A DNA stretch of 57,234 nucleotides from Actinomycetota bacterium. Its GTDB lineage: Bacteria; Actinomycetota; Actinomycetes; Mycobacteriales; Jatrophihabitantaceae. Shown here one piece after another: positions 1 through 7,408 of the stretch (position 1 is its first letter; every line of letters starts with the position of its first letter). Both the position numbers and the translations under genes were made by a program. The notes beneath the pieces were generated by a model, which saw only the letters and a program-made list of their open reading frames with translations, had not been told where the DNA came from and made no database searches. Location of the stretch: contig JBKPQY010000036.1 of NCBI GenBank assembly GCA_046734315.1, positions 1 to 57,234 of the forward strand, written 5' to 3'.

Positions 1-705
1 GATCAGCGGCGCATCGTGGTCCATGGTGGCGACGTGGTAGCTGTTCTCGAGCAGTACCTCGCGCACCGTTGTCGATGTGACGCCGCGTAGCAAGAGTGCC
101 CCGGACAGCGGCTCGACCACGTGGTCCTCGACGCTGCGGAACATCAGCACGGGCGCCGTGATCCGGTGCAGGTCGGCCCGCACGACCCGCCACAGCCGTT
201 GCAGCGACGCGAATGCGCGCACCGGGGTGCGCTCGTATCCGAGGGTGTCCTCGTGCTGCGCCTTGATGTCGCTGCCGAACCCGGGACGGGACCGGATCAG
301 CCGGCAGATGTAGCGGGCGAATCTCGCGTCGAACCGTTCCGTGGCGAACGACGGGTTGACCAGGATCAGTCCGGCGAGCCCGTTGCCCTCCTCTTCGGCC
401 AGCCGGGCGACGAGGGTGCCACCCATGGACAGCCCCGCGGCGAAGATCGTCTCGCAACGGGCTCGTAGCTGCTCGTAGGCCTGACGGATCTCGCCGTACC
501 AATCCTGCCAGCAGGTCGTGTTCGCGTCCTGCCACGTGGTGCCGTGGCCCGGCAGCCGTGGCAGCCGCACCGTGCAGCCGGCCGCGGCGAGGTATTCGGC
601 CCAGGGCCGCACGCTGCGCGGAGTGGCGGTGAAGCCGTGGCTGAGCACCACGCCGACCGGCCCTCGATCGGCGGCGTACGGCTCCGCGCCGGGCAGGACG
701 ATCAT
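1..705 (-). CDS. alpha/beta-fold hydrolase (esterase/lysophospholipase-like), C-terminus cut by the window edge
   Basis: Not in the ORF track because there is no stop inside the window. My reverse translation from ATG (complement of 703-705) reads MIVLPGAEPYAADRGPVGVVLSHGFTATPRSVRPWAEYLAAAGCTVRLPRLPGHG...ETIFAAGLSMGG (GxSxG nucleophile elbow), open to position 1. Confidence 0.75.
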   Translation of the reverse strand, partial: MIVLPGAEPYAADRGPVGVVLSHGFTATPRSVRPWAEYLAAAGCTVRLPRLPGHGTTWQDANTTCWQDWYGEIRQAYEQLRARCETIFAAGLSMGGTLVARLAEEEGNGLAGLILVNPSFATERFDARFARYICRLIRSRPGFGSDIKAQHEDTLGYERTPVRAFASLQRLWRVVRADLHRITAPVLMFRSVEDHVVEPLSGALLLRGVTSTTVREVLLENSYHVATMDHDAPLI

Positions 706-847
706 GCTTCACCTCGATTCGGCACGCGACGCTTCATCATGCCCGTCACCGCCCGGCTTCGGCGAGCGCTAGGCACCGGTGGACCGAGCGACACGGTGGC
801 ACTACTGTCTGCTCAGACAAAAACAGGGGGTTCGAAGGGAGGCGTGG

Positions 848-1600
848 GTGGCCTATTGGCTGATGAAGTTTGTCTTCATCGGTCCGTTCCTGCGACTGAT
901 CTGGCGGCCGTGGACCGAGGGGCGCGAGAACATCCCGCGACACGGCGCTGCGATCCTGGCTAGCAACCACCTGTCGTTCTCCGACTCGTTCTTCATGCCG
1001 GTGATGGTGCCGCGCAAGGTCACGTTCCTGGCCAAGGCGGAGTACTTCACCACCCCCGGGCTGCGCGGCTGGGTCTCGCGCGCCTTCTTCTCCGGCGCCG
1101 GCCAGGTGCCGATCGATCGCGACGACCCCGACGCCGCCCGCGCGGCGCTCACCGCGGGGGTGCGCGTGCTGCGGGAAGGCAAGCTGCTCGGCATCTACCC
1201 CGAGGGCACCCGCTCGCCGGACGGCAGGCTCTACCGCGGCAAGACGGGCGTGGCTCGCATGGCGCTGGAGGCCGGGGTTCCGGTGATTCCGTGCGTTATG
1301 GTCAACACGGACAAGATTCAGCCGACCGGGCGTCGCTTCCCACGGCTGCGCCCGCGCCCGGGCGTCCGGTTCGGCAAGGCGCTGGACTTCTCGCGGTACG
1401 AGGGCATGGCCGGTGATCGGTTCGTTGAGCGATCCATGACGGACGAGATCATGTACGAGCTGATGCTGCTCTCCGGGCAGGAGTACGTCGACGTGTACGC
1501 GGCCAAGGTGAAAGCCACGCAGGGCCGCGGCGTCACGTTCGGGTCGCGCGTCGAGGTCCGCGAAGCCGCCGATCGGGTCCCCACCGAGCGAGCCAGCTGA
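848..1600 (+). CDS. plsC: 1-acyl-sn-glycerol-3-phosphate acyltransferase family (PlsC-like, Rv2182c-type)
   Basis: ORF 779-1600 carries the acyltransferase motifs NHLSFSD (HX4D) and YPEGTRS. Start moved to GTG 848, 7 nt after the Shine-Dalgarno AAGGGAGG (833-840). Confidence 0.85.
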   Translation: MAYWLMKFVFIGPFLRLIWRPWTEGRENIPRHGAAILASNHLSFSDSFFMPVMVPRKVTFLAKAEYFTTPGLRGWVSRAFFSGAGQVPIDRDDPDAARAALTAGVRVLREGKLLGIYPEGTRSPDGRLYRGKTGVARMALEAGVPVIPCVMVNTDKIQPTGRRFPRLRPRPGVRFGKALDFSRYEGMAGDRFVERSMTDEIMYELMLLSGQEYVDVYAAKVKATQGRGVTFGSRVEVREAADRVPTERAS

Positions 1601-1603
1601 GCG

Positions 1604-2040
1604 GGGCGATGAGCGCTCGCGCGAAGAGCTCCGCCGCCGCGACGCGGTCCGTGCCGGAGGCGCGGAGTGGGGTGCGAGACGGGCCCGAGCGAAGCGAGTG
1701 GTCCGGATCGCGCACCGCGCAGGCTGGGATCGGTCGGCGGTGAGCGCAAGCCCCGGCATAGCGGGACCCGGCCACGAGAAACGCAAGCACCGGGCGATGA
1801 GCGCTCGCGCGAAGCGAGTGGTCCGGATCGCGCACCGCGCAGGCTGGGATCGGTCGGCGGTGAGGGCAAGCCCCGGCATAGCGGGACCCGGCCACGAGAA
1901 ACGCAAGCACCGGGCGATGAGCGCTCGCGCGAAGAGCCCCGCCGCCGCGACGCGGCCCGCGCCGGAGGCGCGGAGCGGCGCGCGAGACGGGCCCGAGCGA
2001 AGCGAGTGGTCCGGATCGCGCACCGCGCAGGCGGGATAGG
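1604..2040 (+). repeat. composite intergenic repeat array: three copies of a ~130-bp hairpin-rich element, including a near-perfect 120-bp tandem duplication (1691-1810 / 1811-1930)
   Basis: GGGCGATGAGCGCTCGCGCGAAG starts at 1604, 1792 and 1912. Units 1691-1810 and 1811-1930 differ at one base that I could find (tgagCgcaag vs tgagGgcaag). The middle copy lacks the internal segment between two GCGAAG motifs. ORFs here on both strands translate as low-complexity repeat artefacts. Confidence 0.9.
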
Positions 2041-2044
2041 AACA

Positions 2045-2533
2045 GTGCGGTTCTTCTACGACTGCGAATTCATCGAGGACGGTCGCACGATCGACCTCGT
2101 TTCCATCGGAATGGTCGACGAGACCGGCCACGAGTTCTACGCGGTCTCGACGGAGTTCGACAGCAGCCGGGCGATCACTTGGGTGCGCCGGAACGTGCTG
2201 GCACAGCTGCCGCCGCCTGCCGACCCGGTATGGCGCAGCCGGGAACAGATCCGCGCCGACCTGCTCGCCTTCATGACTGCCCCCGGCGAGCAGATCGAGC
2301 TGTGGGCGTGGATGGCGGCCTACGACCATGTGGCGCTGGTGCAGCTATGGGGGGACATGCGCGCCCTGCCCAGGCACGTCCCGCGATTCACCCACGAGTT
2401 ACGACAGCGCTGGGAGGACGCTGGCTGCCCGGTGTTGCCGGAGCCGCCGGACGACCAGCACGACGCGCTGGTCGATGCGCGGCACAACCTCGTGCGCTGG
2501 CGGGCGATCCAGGGCATGACATCGCCAGGCTAG
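2045..2533 (+). CDS. 3'-5' exoribonuclease, RNase AS / Rv2179c family
   Basis: C-terminal part of ORF 1667-2533 from GTG 2045: VRFFYDCEFIEDGRTIDLVSIGMVDETGHEFYAVSTEFD...ELWAWMAAYDHVALVQLWG...HDALVDARHN. This closely follows the Rv2179c sequence as I remember it. The upstream part of the ORF is repeat DNA. Confidence 0.7.
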   Translation: MRFFYDCEFIEDGRTIDLVSIGMVDETGHEFYAVSTEFDSSRAITWVRRNVLAQLPPPADPVWRSREQIRADLLAFMTAPGEQIELWAWMAAYDHVALVQLWGDMRALPRHVPRFTHELRQRWEDAGCPVLPEPPDDQHDALVDARHNLVRWRAIQGMTSPG

Positions 2534-2566
2534 GCTCGCTGCGGCTACGCAACGAGAGGAGCTGGC

Positions 2567-3592
2567 ATGCGCGTCGGAGTGCTCACCGGTGGCGGTGACT
2601 GCCCCGGGCTGAACGCGGTGATCCGCGCCGTCGTGCGTAAGGGCATCGGCGTCTACGGGTACGAGTTCGTCGGCTTCCGCGACGGGTGGAAGGGGCCGCT
2701 GGAGAAGCAAACCGGGCCGCTCGGCATACCTGAGGTACGCGGCATCCTGCCGCGTGGCGGCACGATCCTCGGCACGTCGCGCACCAACCCGTTGAAGGTC
2801 GACGGCGGCGTCGACCGCATCCGCGCCAACCTGCACGAGCTCGGCGTCGACGCCCTGCTCGCGATCGGCGGCGAGGACACCCTCGGCGTGGCTACGCGGC
2901 TTGCCGAGTTGGGCGTCAACGTGATCGGCGTTCCGAAGACGATCGACAACGATCTCAACGCCACCGACTACACATTCGGCTTCGACACTGCGGTCAACAT
3001 CGCCATGGAGGCGATCGACCGCCTGCACACCACGGCGGAGTCGCATCACCGGGCACTGATCGTCGAGGTCATGGGCCGGCATGCCGGCTGGATCGCCCTG
3101 CACGCCGGCATGGCCGGCGGCGCCAACGTGATCCTCATCCCGGAGCAGCCGTTCTCGATCGAACGGGTCTGTGCGTTGGTCGAGAGCCGTTTCCAGTCGC
3201 ACTACGCGCCGATCATCGTGGCCGCCGAAGGGGCGACGCCGGACAGCGGCGAGAACATCCGCCTGGACAAAGGCCTCGACGCGTTCGGGCATGTGCGCCT
3301 CGGCGGCATCGGGGACTGGCTGGCGTCGGAGATCGAGAAGCGCACCGGCAAGGAGGCGCGCACCACGGTGCTGGGTCACATACAGCGGGGAGGGACGCCC
3401 ACGGCGTTCGACCGGGTGCTGGCCACCCGGTTCGGGCTGCACGCCGTCGACGCGGTTCACGCCGGTGAGTGGGGCACGATGGTAGCCCTGCGTGGCACCG
3501 ACATAGTCCGGGTGCCGCTGGCCGACGCGACGACCGAGCTCAAGGTCGTCAAGCCGGAGCTGTACGCCGAGGCGGAAGTATTCTTCGGCTAG
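2567..3592 (+). CDS. pfkA: 6-phosphofructokinase
   Basis: MRVGVLTGGGDCPGLNAVIR, IGGEDT and PKTIDND motifs; 341 aa. Confidence 0.9.
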   Translation: MRVGVLTGGGDCPGLNAVIRAVVRKGIGVYGYEFVGFRDGWKGPLEKQTGPLGIPEVRGILPRGGTILGTSRTNPLKVDGGVDRIRANLHELGVDALLAIGGEDTLGVATRLAELGVNVIGVPKTIDNDLNATDYTFGFDTAVNIAMEAIDRLHTTAESHHRALIVEVMGRHAGWIALHAGMAGGANVILIPEQPFSIERVCALVESRFQSHYAPIIVAAEGATPDSGENIRLDKGLDAFGHVRLGGIGDWLASEIEKRTGKEARTTVLGHIQRGGTPTAFDRVLATRFGLHAVDAVHAGEWGTMVALRGTDIVRVPLADATTELKVVKPELYAEAEVFFG

Positions 3593-4653
3593 CGAGCGCC
3601 TGCCACGGTCGGTACCAAACGCGCGTTACGTAAGCCGGCGGGCAGCTGCAGCGTGAACTGCGCCCCGCCGGTGCGCGGGTTCTCGGCCTGCACCGAGCCT
3701 CCGTGCGAGTGCACGACCGCGGCGACGATGGCCAAGCCCATGCCGGTGCCGGCGCGCAGCGAACCGCTGCGGAAGCTCTCGAAGACGTAGGCGAGGTCTT
3801 CGTCCGGGATGCCGATGCCGTCGTCGCGAACCTGGATCACCGCGTGCCCGTCGACCCGGCGCGCTGACAGCGCGATGGTGCCGCCGTCGCCGGTGTAGCG
3901 AACCGCGTTGTCGAGCAGGCTGTCCAGGGCTGCCTCGAGACGGTCCGCGTCGGCGACGATCACACCCGCGTGGCTGTCGAGCGACCACTGCCGCTGCGCG
4001 GTCGGCCGCCACCGCTTGATCGTCCGTTGGAGCAACGTGTCGAGGTCGACGCGTTCCAGTCGCAGCCGGGACGGTTCTCCGACCTTGGCGAGCGTGAGCA
4101 GCCGCTCGGCGATCCGCTCCAGTTTGTCGAGCTCGTCGAGCACGATATCGACGTCCGCGCCCACCTGCGGATGGCGGTGCTCGCAGCGGATCAGCTCCGC
4201 ATAGCCCCGCGCGACGGTCAGCGGGGTACGCAGCTCGTGCGACGCGAAACGCACGAACCGGCGCTGGGCGTCGCGCATCCGGCGCTCGCTGTCGGCGAGG
4301 GCCTGTGCCTCCGCATTGGCCGTGGCGCGGCGCCGCACGTGCCACACCATGGCGAGGAACACCCCGCTCATCAGCGGGACCTCCGTCGTTTCCTCCCAGC
4401 CGATGACACCGTTCTGTACGTGGTGCACGAGTGCCCAGCCGGTGACCGTACCGACCGCGGCCAGCACCAGATACGTGCGGGTGAGCGACCAGGGCTGCAG
4501 GCCGTAAACGATCGACAGGCTGATCCACACGAAGTGGAACGGCACGGTTTCCTTGCCCGGCATGAGGAACATCAGCGCCACGTTGACCGCCGAGAAGGCG
4601 GCCCAGCCGGCGAACAGCAGGCGGTCAGCTCGCGGCGAAGCAGTAGCCCACAT
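3589..4653 (-). CDS. sensor histidine kinase, four predicted TM helices with only short loops (intramembrane-type sensor)
   Basis: H-box FASHELRTPLT and G-box GTGMGLAIV. The N-terminus shows four hydrophobic segments and no extracytoplasmic domain. The start is uncertain: ATG 4653 (MWATAS...) chosen, while the ORF is open to 4713. It overlaps the end of the regulator gene. Confidence 0.8.
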   Translation of the reverse strand: MWATASPRADRLLFAGWAAFSAVNVALMFLMPGKETVPFHFVWISLSIVYGLQPWSLTRTYLVLAAVGTVTGWALVHHVQNGVIGWEETTEVPLMSGVFLAMVWHVRRRATANAEAQALADSERRMRDAQRRFVRFASHELRTPLTVARGYAELIRCEHRHPQVGADVDIVLDELDKLERIAERLLTLAKVGEPSRLRLERVDLDTLLQRTIKRWRPTAQRQWSLDSHAGVIVADADRLEAALDSLLDNAVRYTGDGGTIALSARRVDGHAVIQVRDDGIGIPDEDLAYVFESFRSGSLRAGTGMGLAIVAAVVHSHGGSVQAENPRTGGAQFTLQLPAGLRNARLVPTVAGAR

Positions 4654-5290
4654 TGCGGACCGTCTCGATGAGTTCCTTCTCCAGCTTCGAGCGCAGCCGG
4701 CCGACGCAGACATCGACCACGTTGCTGCCGGGGTCGAACGAATAGCCCCACACCTCGGCGAGCAGCTGGTCCCGCGGGCACACCTCCCCGGCGTGACGCA
4801 TCAGGTGGCTGAGCAGGATGAACTCGCGCTGCGACAGTGAGATCACCCGGTCCCCGTGGCGCAGTTGCCGGCGCTGCATGTCCAGCCGCACACCGCCGGC
4901 GTCCAGCCATCGCGACGTCGTCGGCCCGAAGTGCTCGTCTGCCCGCCGCTTCACCCGTTCGACGAGCTCGGCGATCGCGAACGGCTTCGCGAGATAGTCG
5001 ACGGCGCCGATGCGCAGACAGCGCACCCGCGATTCGACATCGCCGACCGCGGAGAGCACGAGCACGCGCTGGCCCGGGTCGGCGTCGACCACCCTGCGGA
5101 GCACCTCGTAGCCATCCATGCCGGGCAGCAACAGGTCAAGGATGATCACCGCGTAGTCGTTGGCTTCGATCGCACGGAGCGCTTCCGGGCCGCCCGCCGC
5201 GGTGTCGACATGATAGCCGCAGGCCTCCAGCGCACGGCCGACGAATCGGCAGATGCGTTGCTCATCGTCGACGACGAGCATCCTTGTCAT
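4625..5290 (-). CDS. OmpR/PhoB-family response regulator
   Basis: Receiver domain (MLVVDDE...IILDLLLPGMDG...KPF) plus a winged-helix output (LSQREFILLSHLM...VVDVCVGRLRSKL). Start taken at MTRMLVVDD (5290); the ORF is open to 5314. Confidence 0.85.
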   Translation of the reverse strand: MTRMLVVDDEQRICRFVGRALEACGYHVDTAAGGPEALRAIEANDYAVIILDLLLPGMDGYEVLRRVVDADPGQRVLVLSAVGDVESRVRCLRIGAVDYLAKPFAIAELVERVKRRADEHFGPTTSRWLDAGGVRLDMQRRQLRHGDRVISLSQREFILLSHLMRHAGEVCPRDQLLAEVWGYSFDPGSNVVDVCVGRLRSKLEKELIETVRNVGYCFAAS

Positions 5291-5451
5291 CTTGTCCCCC
5301 GCTGCGCGCGACACCCCCGCCGAAATGCTGGCACTTGTCGCGTCGCGTTACCTGTGTAAGCCCTAGGAACACCACGCGCAAGCAACCGCTGACTATTCGG
5401 TCGCTACTCCGCGCCCGTTCGTGGCGTTCGTGGTGATTTGCCCGCCGGGCA

Positions 5452-5478
5452 ATGACGGACAGATGACAAGACGGTCAT
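5452..5478 (+). promoter_or_regulatory. candidate response-regulator operator: ATGACGG / ATGACAA direct repeat phased at 11 bp plus an inverted GGTCAT
   Basis: aATGACGGacagATGACAAgacGGTCATtt lies in the divergent RR-copCD intergenic region. The same half-site recurs at 7305-7344. Confidence 0.4.
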
Positions 5479-5519
5479 TTACCGGGTCGCCGCCGTGGGC
5501 CGTTCTTATCGTGACGACG

Positions 5520-7187
5520 ATGATCCGCCGTGCCGTCGCGTTCGCAGGGCTGGTGATCGCGCTGGTGTGTCTGGCGCCGCCTCGCCCGGCGGGCGCACAC
5601 GCGCTGCTCGTCCGATCGCAGCCCGCCAACGGCTCGACGGTGGCTGCCGCGCCCGGCCTGGTGCGGCTCTGGTTCAGCGAGGAGATCTCGACCGAAGTCA
5701 GTACGGCCCGTCTTGTCGACCGCTCCGGTGCCACAGTTACCGGCACGACGGTTCGTGCCGAGGCGCAGTTGCTCGAACTGCACGTGCCGGGCCTCGCGCG
5801 CGGAACCTACGGCGTCCTGTGGCGGGTGCTCGCCGAGGACGACGGCCACACCTCGAGCGGCACCGTCGTGTTCAGCGTGGGTGCGTCTACCGGGCCGCTG
5901 GTGGCGAGCTCGTCGGGGGGTTCGGCGACGTTGGACACGGCACGTCGCTGGCTGTGGCTGTGCGCGCTCGCGGGCGTGGTCGGCGGCCTCGCAGTGGCGG
6001 GCCTGGTACTGGGCCGGACCAGCGGGACGGATGTGTTCCGGCGCCGCATCCTCGCCGGCGTGGCCGGCTGTGCGGCGCTCGGCGCGATCGTCGGGGTGCT
6101 CGACGCGCGGGCCGAGGTGAGCCGGCTCGCCCCGGCGACGTTCGGCGACCTGCTGGCGTCGAGCCGGTGGGGGCATCTGTGGCTCGCGCGCGAGGCGGCA
6201 CTGCTCGTCCTCGTCCCGGTCGTCGTGACGTTTCGAGCGCGCGGCCGGCGCGGCCCGGGCCTGCTCGCTTTCGGCCTCGCGGTGGTGGTCGTCTGTATGG
6301 AGGCACTGCGCAGCCACGCCGCGACGGCGGGCCCGCCACGCGGCATCGCGATCGTCTCGGATGCCACGCACATCGTGGCCGCCTGCGTCTGGCTGGGTGC
6401 GCTGCCGGCACTCATCGTGCTGCTGCGGAACCGTGAGGTGCTGCGGGCATGCCGCGAGCGGTTCACCATGCTGGTGGCGGGCAGTGTGCTGGTCGTCGTG
6501 GTCACCGGTCTGTACAGCGCGGGGCGCCAGGTGGACTCGGTCGGCGACCTTGCCGGCACGTCCTACGGACGTCTCCTGCTGGTCAAGACCGCTCTGCTCG
6601 CGGTGGTGCTCGCCCTCGGGCTGGACAGCGCACGTCGCTGGCACACCGGGCGTACCCCGGTTGGGCGGATCGTGGCGGCCGAAGCGGCGGCGGGTGCGGC
6701 GCTGCTGATCGCGGTCGCCGTGCTGGTCGATACGCCGCCTGCGCGAGGCGGCATCAGCCACGCGGCAGGCCAGTCGCGCAGCGCGTCGGTCGCCGACCTG
6801 CTCGTCACGGTGTCGGCGGCCCCCAACCTGCCAGGCACGAACGGCGTGACGGTGCGGGTGGCCAGCTCGAGGCGCCCACCGCCGGCGCCGGTCAGCGCAG
6901 TGACCGTTCAGGGTGCGCGCCTCGCGCCGGTGGGTGCGGGCCGGTTCTTCGGAACAGTCGAGCTGCCGCGCTACGGCGCCGTCCCGCTCACGACCGTCCT
7001 GCAACGCGGCGGCGAGAGGCTCACACTCACGGTGCCGTGGCGGGTCGTCGCGGCGTCGCGGCACGGCCCTCGGCTCGCGCCGTATGTCGATGCCATCGCG
7101 GTTGCGCTACTCGCCGGCGCGACGCTCGCCGCCGCCGCATTCGCCAGGGCACGCCGGCGCAAACCGGTCGAGGAGCTGATTGGCTGA
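5520..7187 (+). CDS. copper resistance/transport protein, CopC-CopD fusion (YcnJ-like)
   Basis: Signal peptide followed by a mature N-terminus HALLVRSQPANGSTV...LWFSEEIS (CopC fold signature), then 8 or more hydrophobic helices (CopD-like). Start moved to ATG 5520 so that the ATGAC repeats stay upstream. Confidence 0.75.
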   Translation: MIRRAVAFAGLVIALVCLAPPRPAGAHALLVRSQPANGSTVAAAPGLVRLWFSEEISTEVSTARLVDRSGATVTGTTVRAEAQLLELHVPGLARGTYGVLWRVLAEDDGHTSSGTVVFSVGASTGPLVASSSGGSATLDTARRWLWLCALAGVVGGLAVAGLVLGRTSGTDVFRRRILAGVAGCAALGAIVGVLDARAEVSRLAPATFGDLLASSRWGHLWLAREAALLVLVPVVVTFRARGRRGPGLLAFGLAVVVVCMEALRSHAATAGPPRGIAIVSDATHIVAACVWLGALPALIVLLRNREVLRACRERFTMLVAGSVLVVVVTGLYSAGRQVDSVGDLAGTSYGRLLLVKTALLAVVLALGLDSARRWHTGRTPVGRIVAAEAAAGAALLIAVAVLVDTPPARGGISHAAGQSRSASVADLLVTVSAAPNLPGTNGVTVRVASSRRPPPAPVSAVTVQGARLAPVGAGRFFGTVELPRYGAVPLTTVLQRGGERLTLTVPWRVVAASRHGPRLAPYVDAIAVALLAGATLAAAAFARARRRKPVEELIG

Positions 7188-7304
7188 CGTCGAACTGCTC
7201 GGTGTGGATGCGCTGGGCCGGGATCGCGCAGCGCCCGCCCCACGTCAACGACCATGCCGGGCGGGCGGTCCGCACAGGAACATGTAGTCGTGGCTGGCTC
7301 GACC

Positions 7305-7344
7305 ATGACGCTTTCATGACGCCTAGATGAGGAAACCGTCATGA
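7305..7344 (+). promoter_or_regulatory. candidate response-regulator operator: two exact ATGACGC repeats phased at 11 bp plus an inverted CGTCATGA
   Basis: ccATGACGCtttcATGACGCctagatgaggaaacCGTCATGA. TCATGACG (7314-7321) and CGTCATGA (7337-7344) also form a perfect 8-bp inverted repeat. The site lies in a locally AT-richer stretch about 65-100 nt upstream of the giant ORF. Confidence 0.4.
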
Positions 7345-7408
7345 ACCGATCGGTCCGCATCCGAGCCGCGCCAAGATCACCCCAGAACGCCACGTGGGGG
7401 AGGCGGCC

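Noticed and set aside
1604-2040. Possible CRISPR array
   Set aside because: The repeat units are 120-130 bp, directly abutting or nested, with no unique spacers of regular length. There are no cas genes in the window, and the same element occurs singly elsewhere.
746-2329. 527-aa minus-strand ORF, and ORFs 1318-1869, 1533-1910, 1698-2039 and the first half of 1667-2533
   Set aside because: They run through the intergenic repeat array and antisense to plsC and the RNase gene. Their repeated peptide blocks simply mirror the DNA repeats.
5421-5519. Longer N-terminus of the CopC-CopD ORF (start at 5421)
   Set aside because: The extra 33 residues are not signal-peptide-like, and the extension would bury the ATGAC repeat motif inside the coding sequence. 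ATG 5520 gives a normal signal peptide followed by the mature His-1 of CopC.
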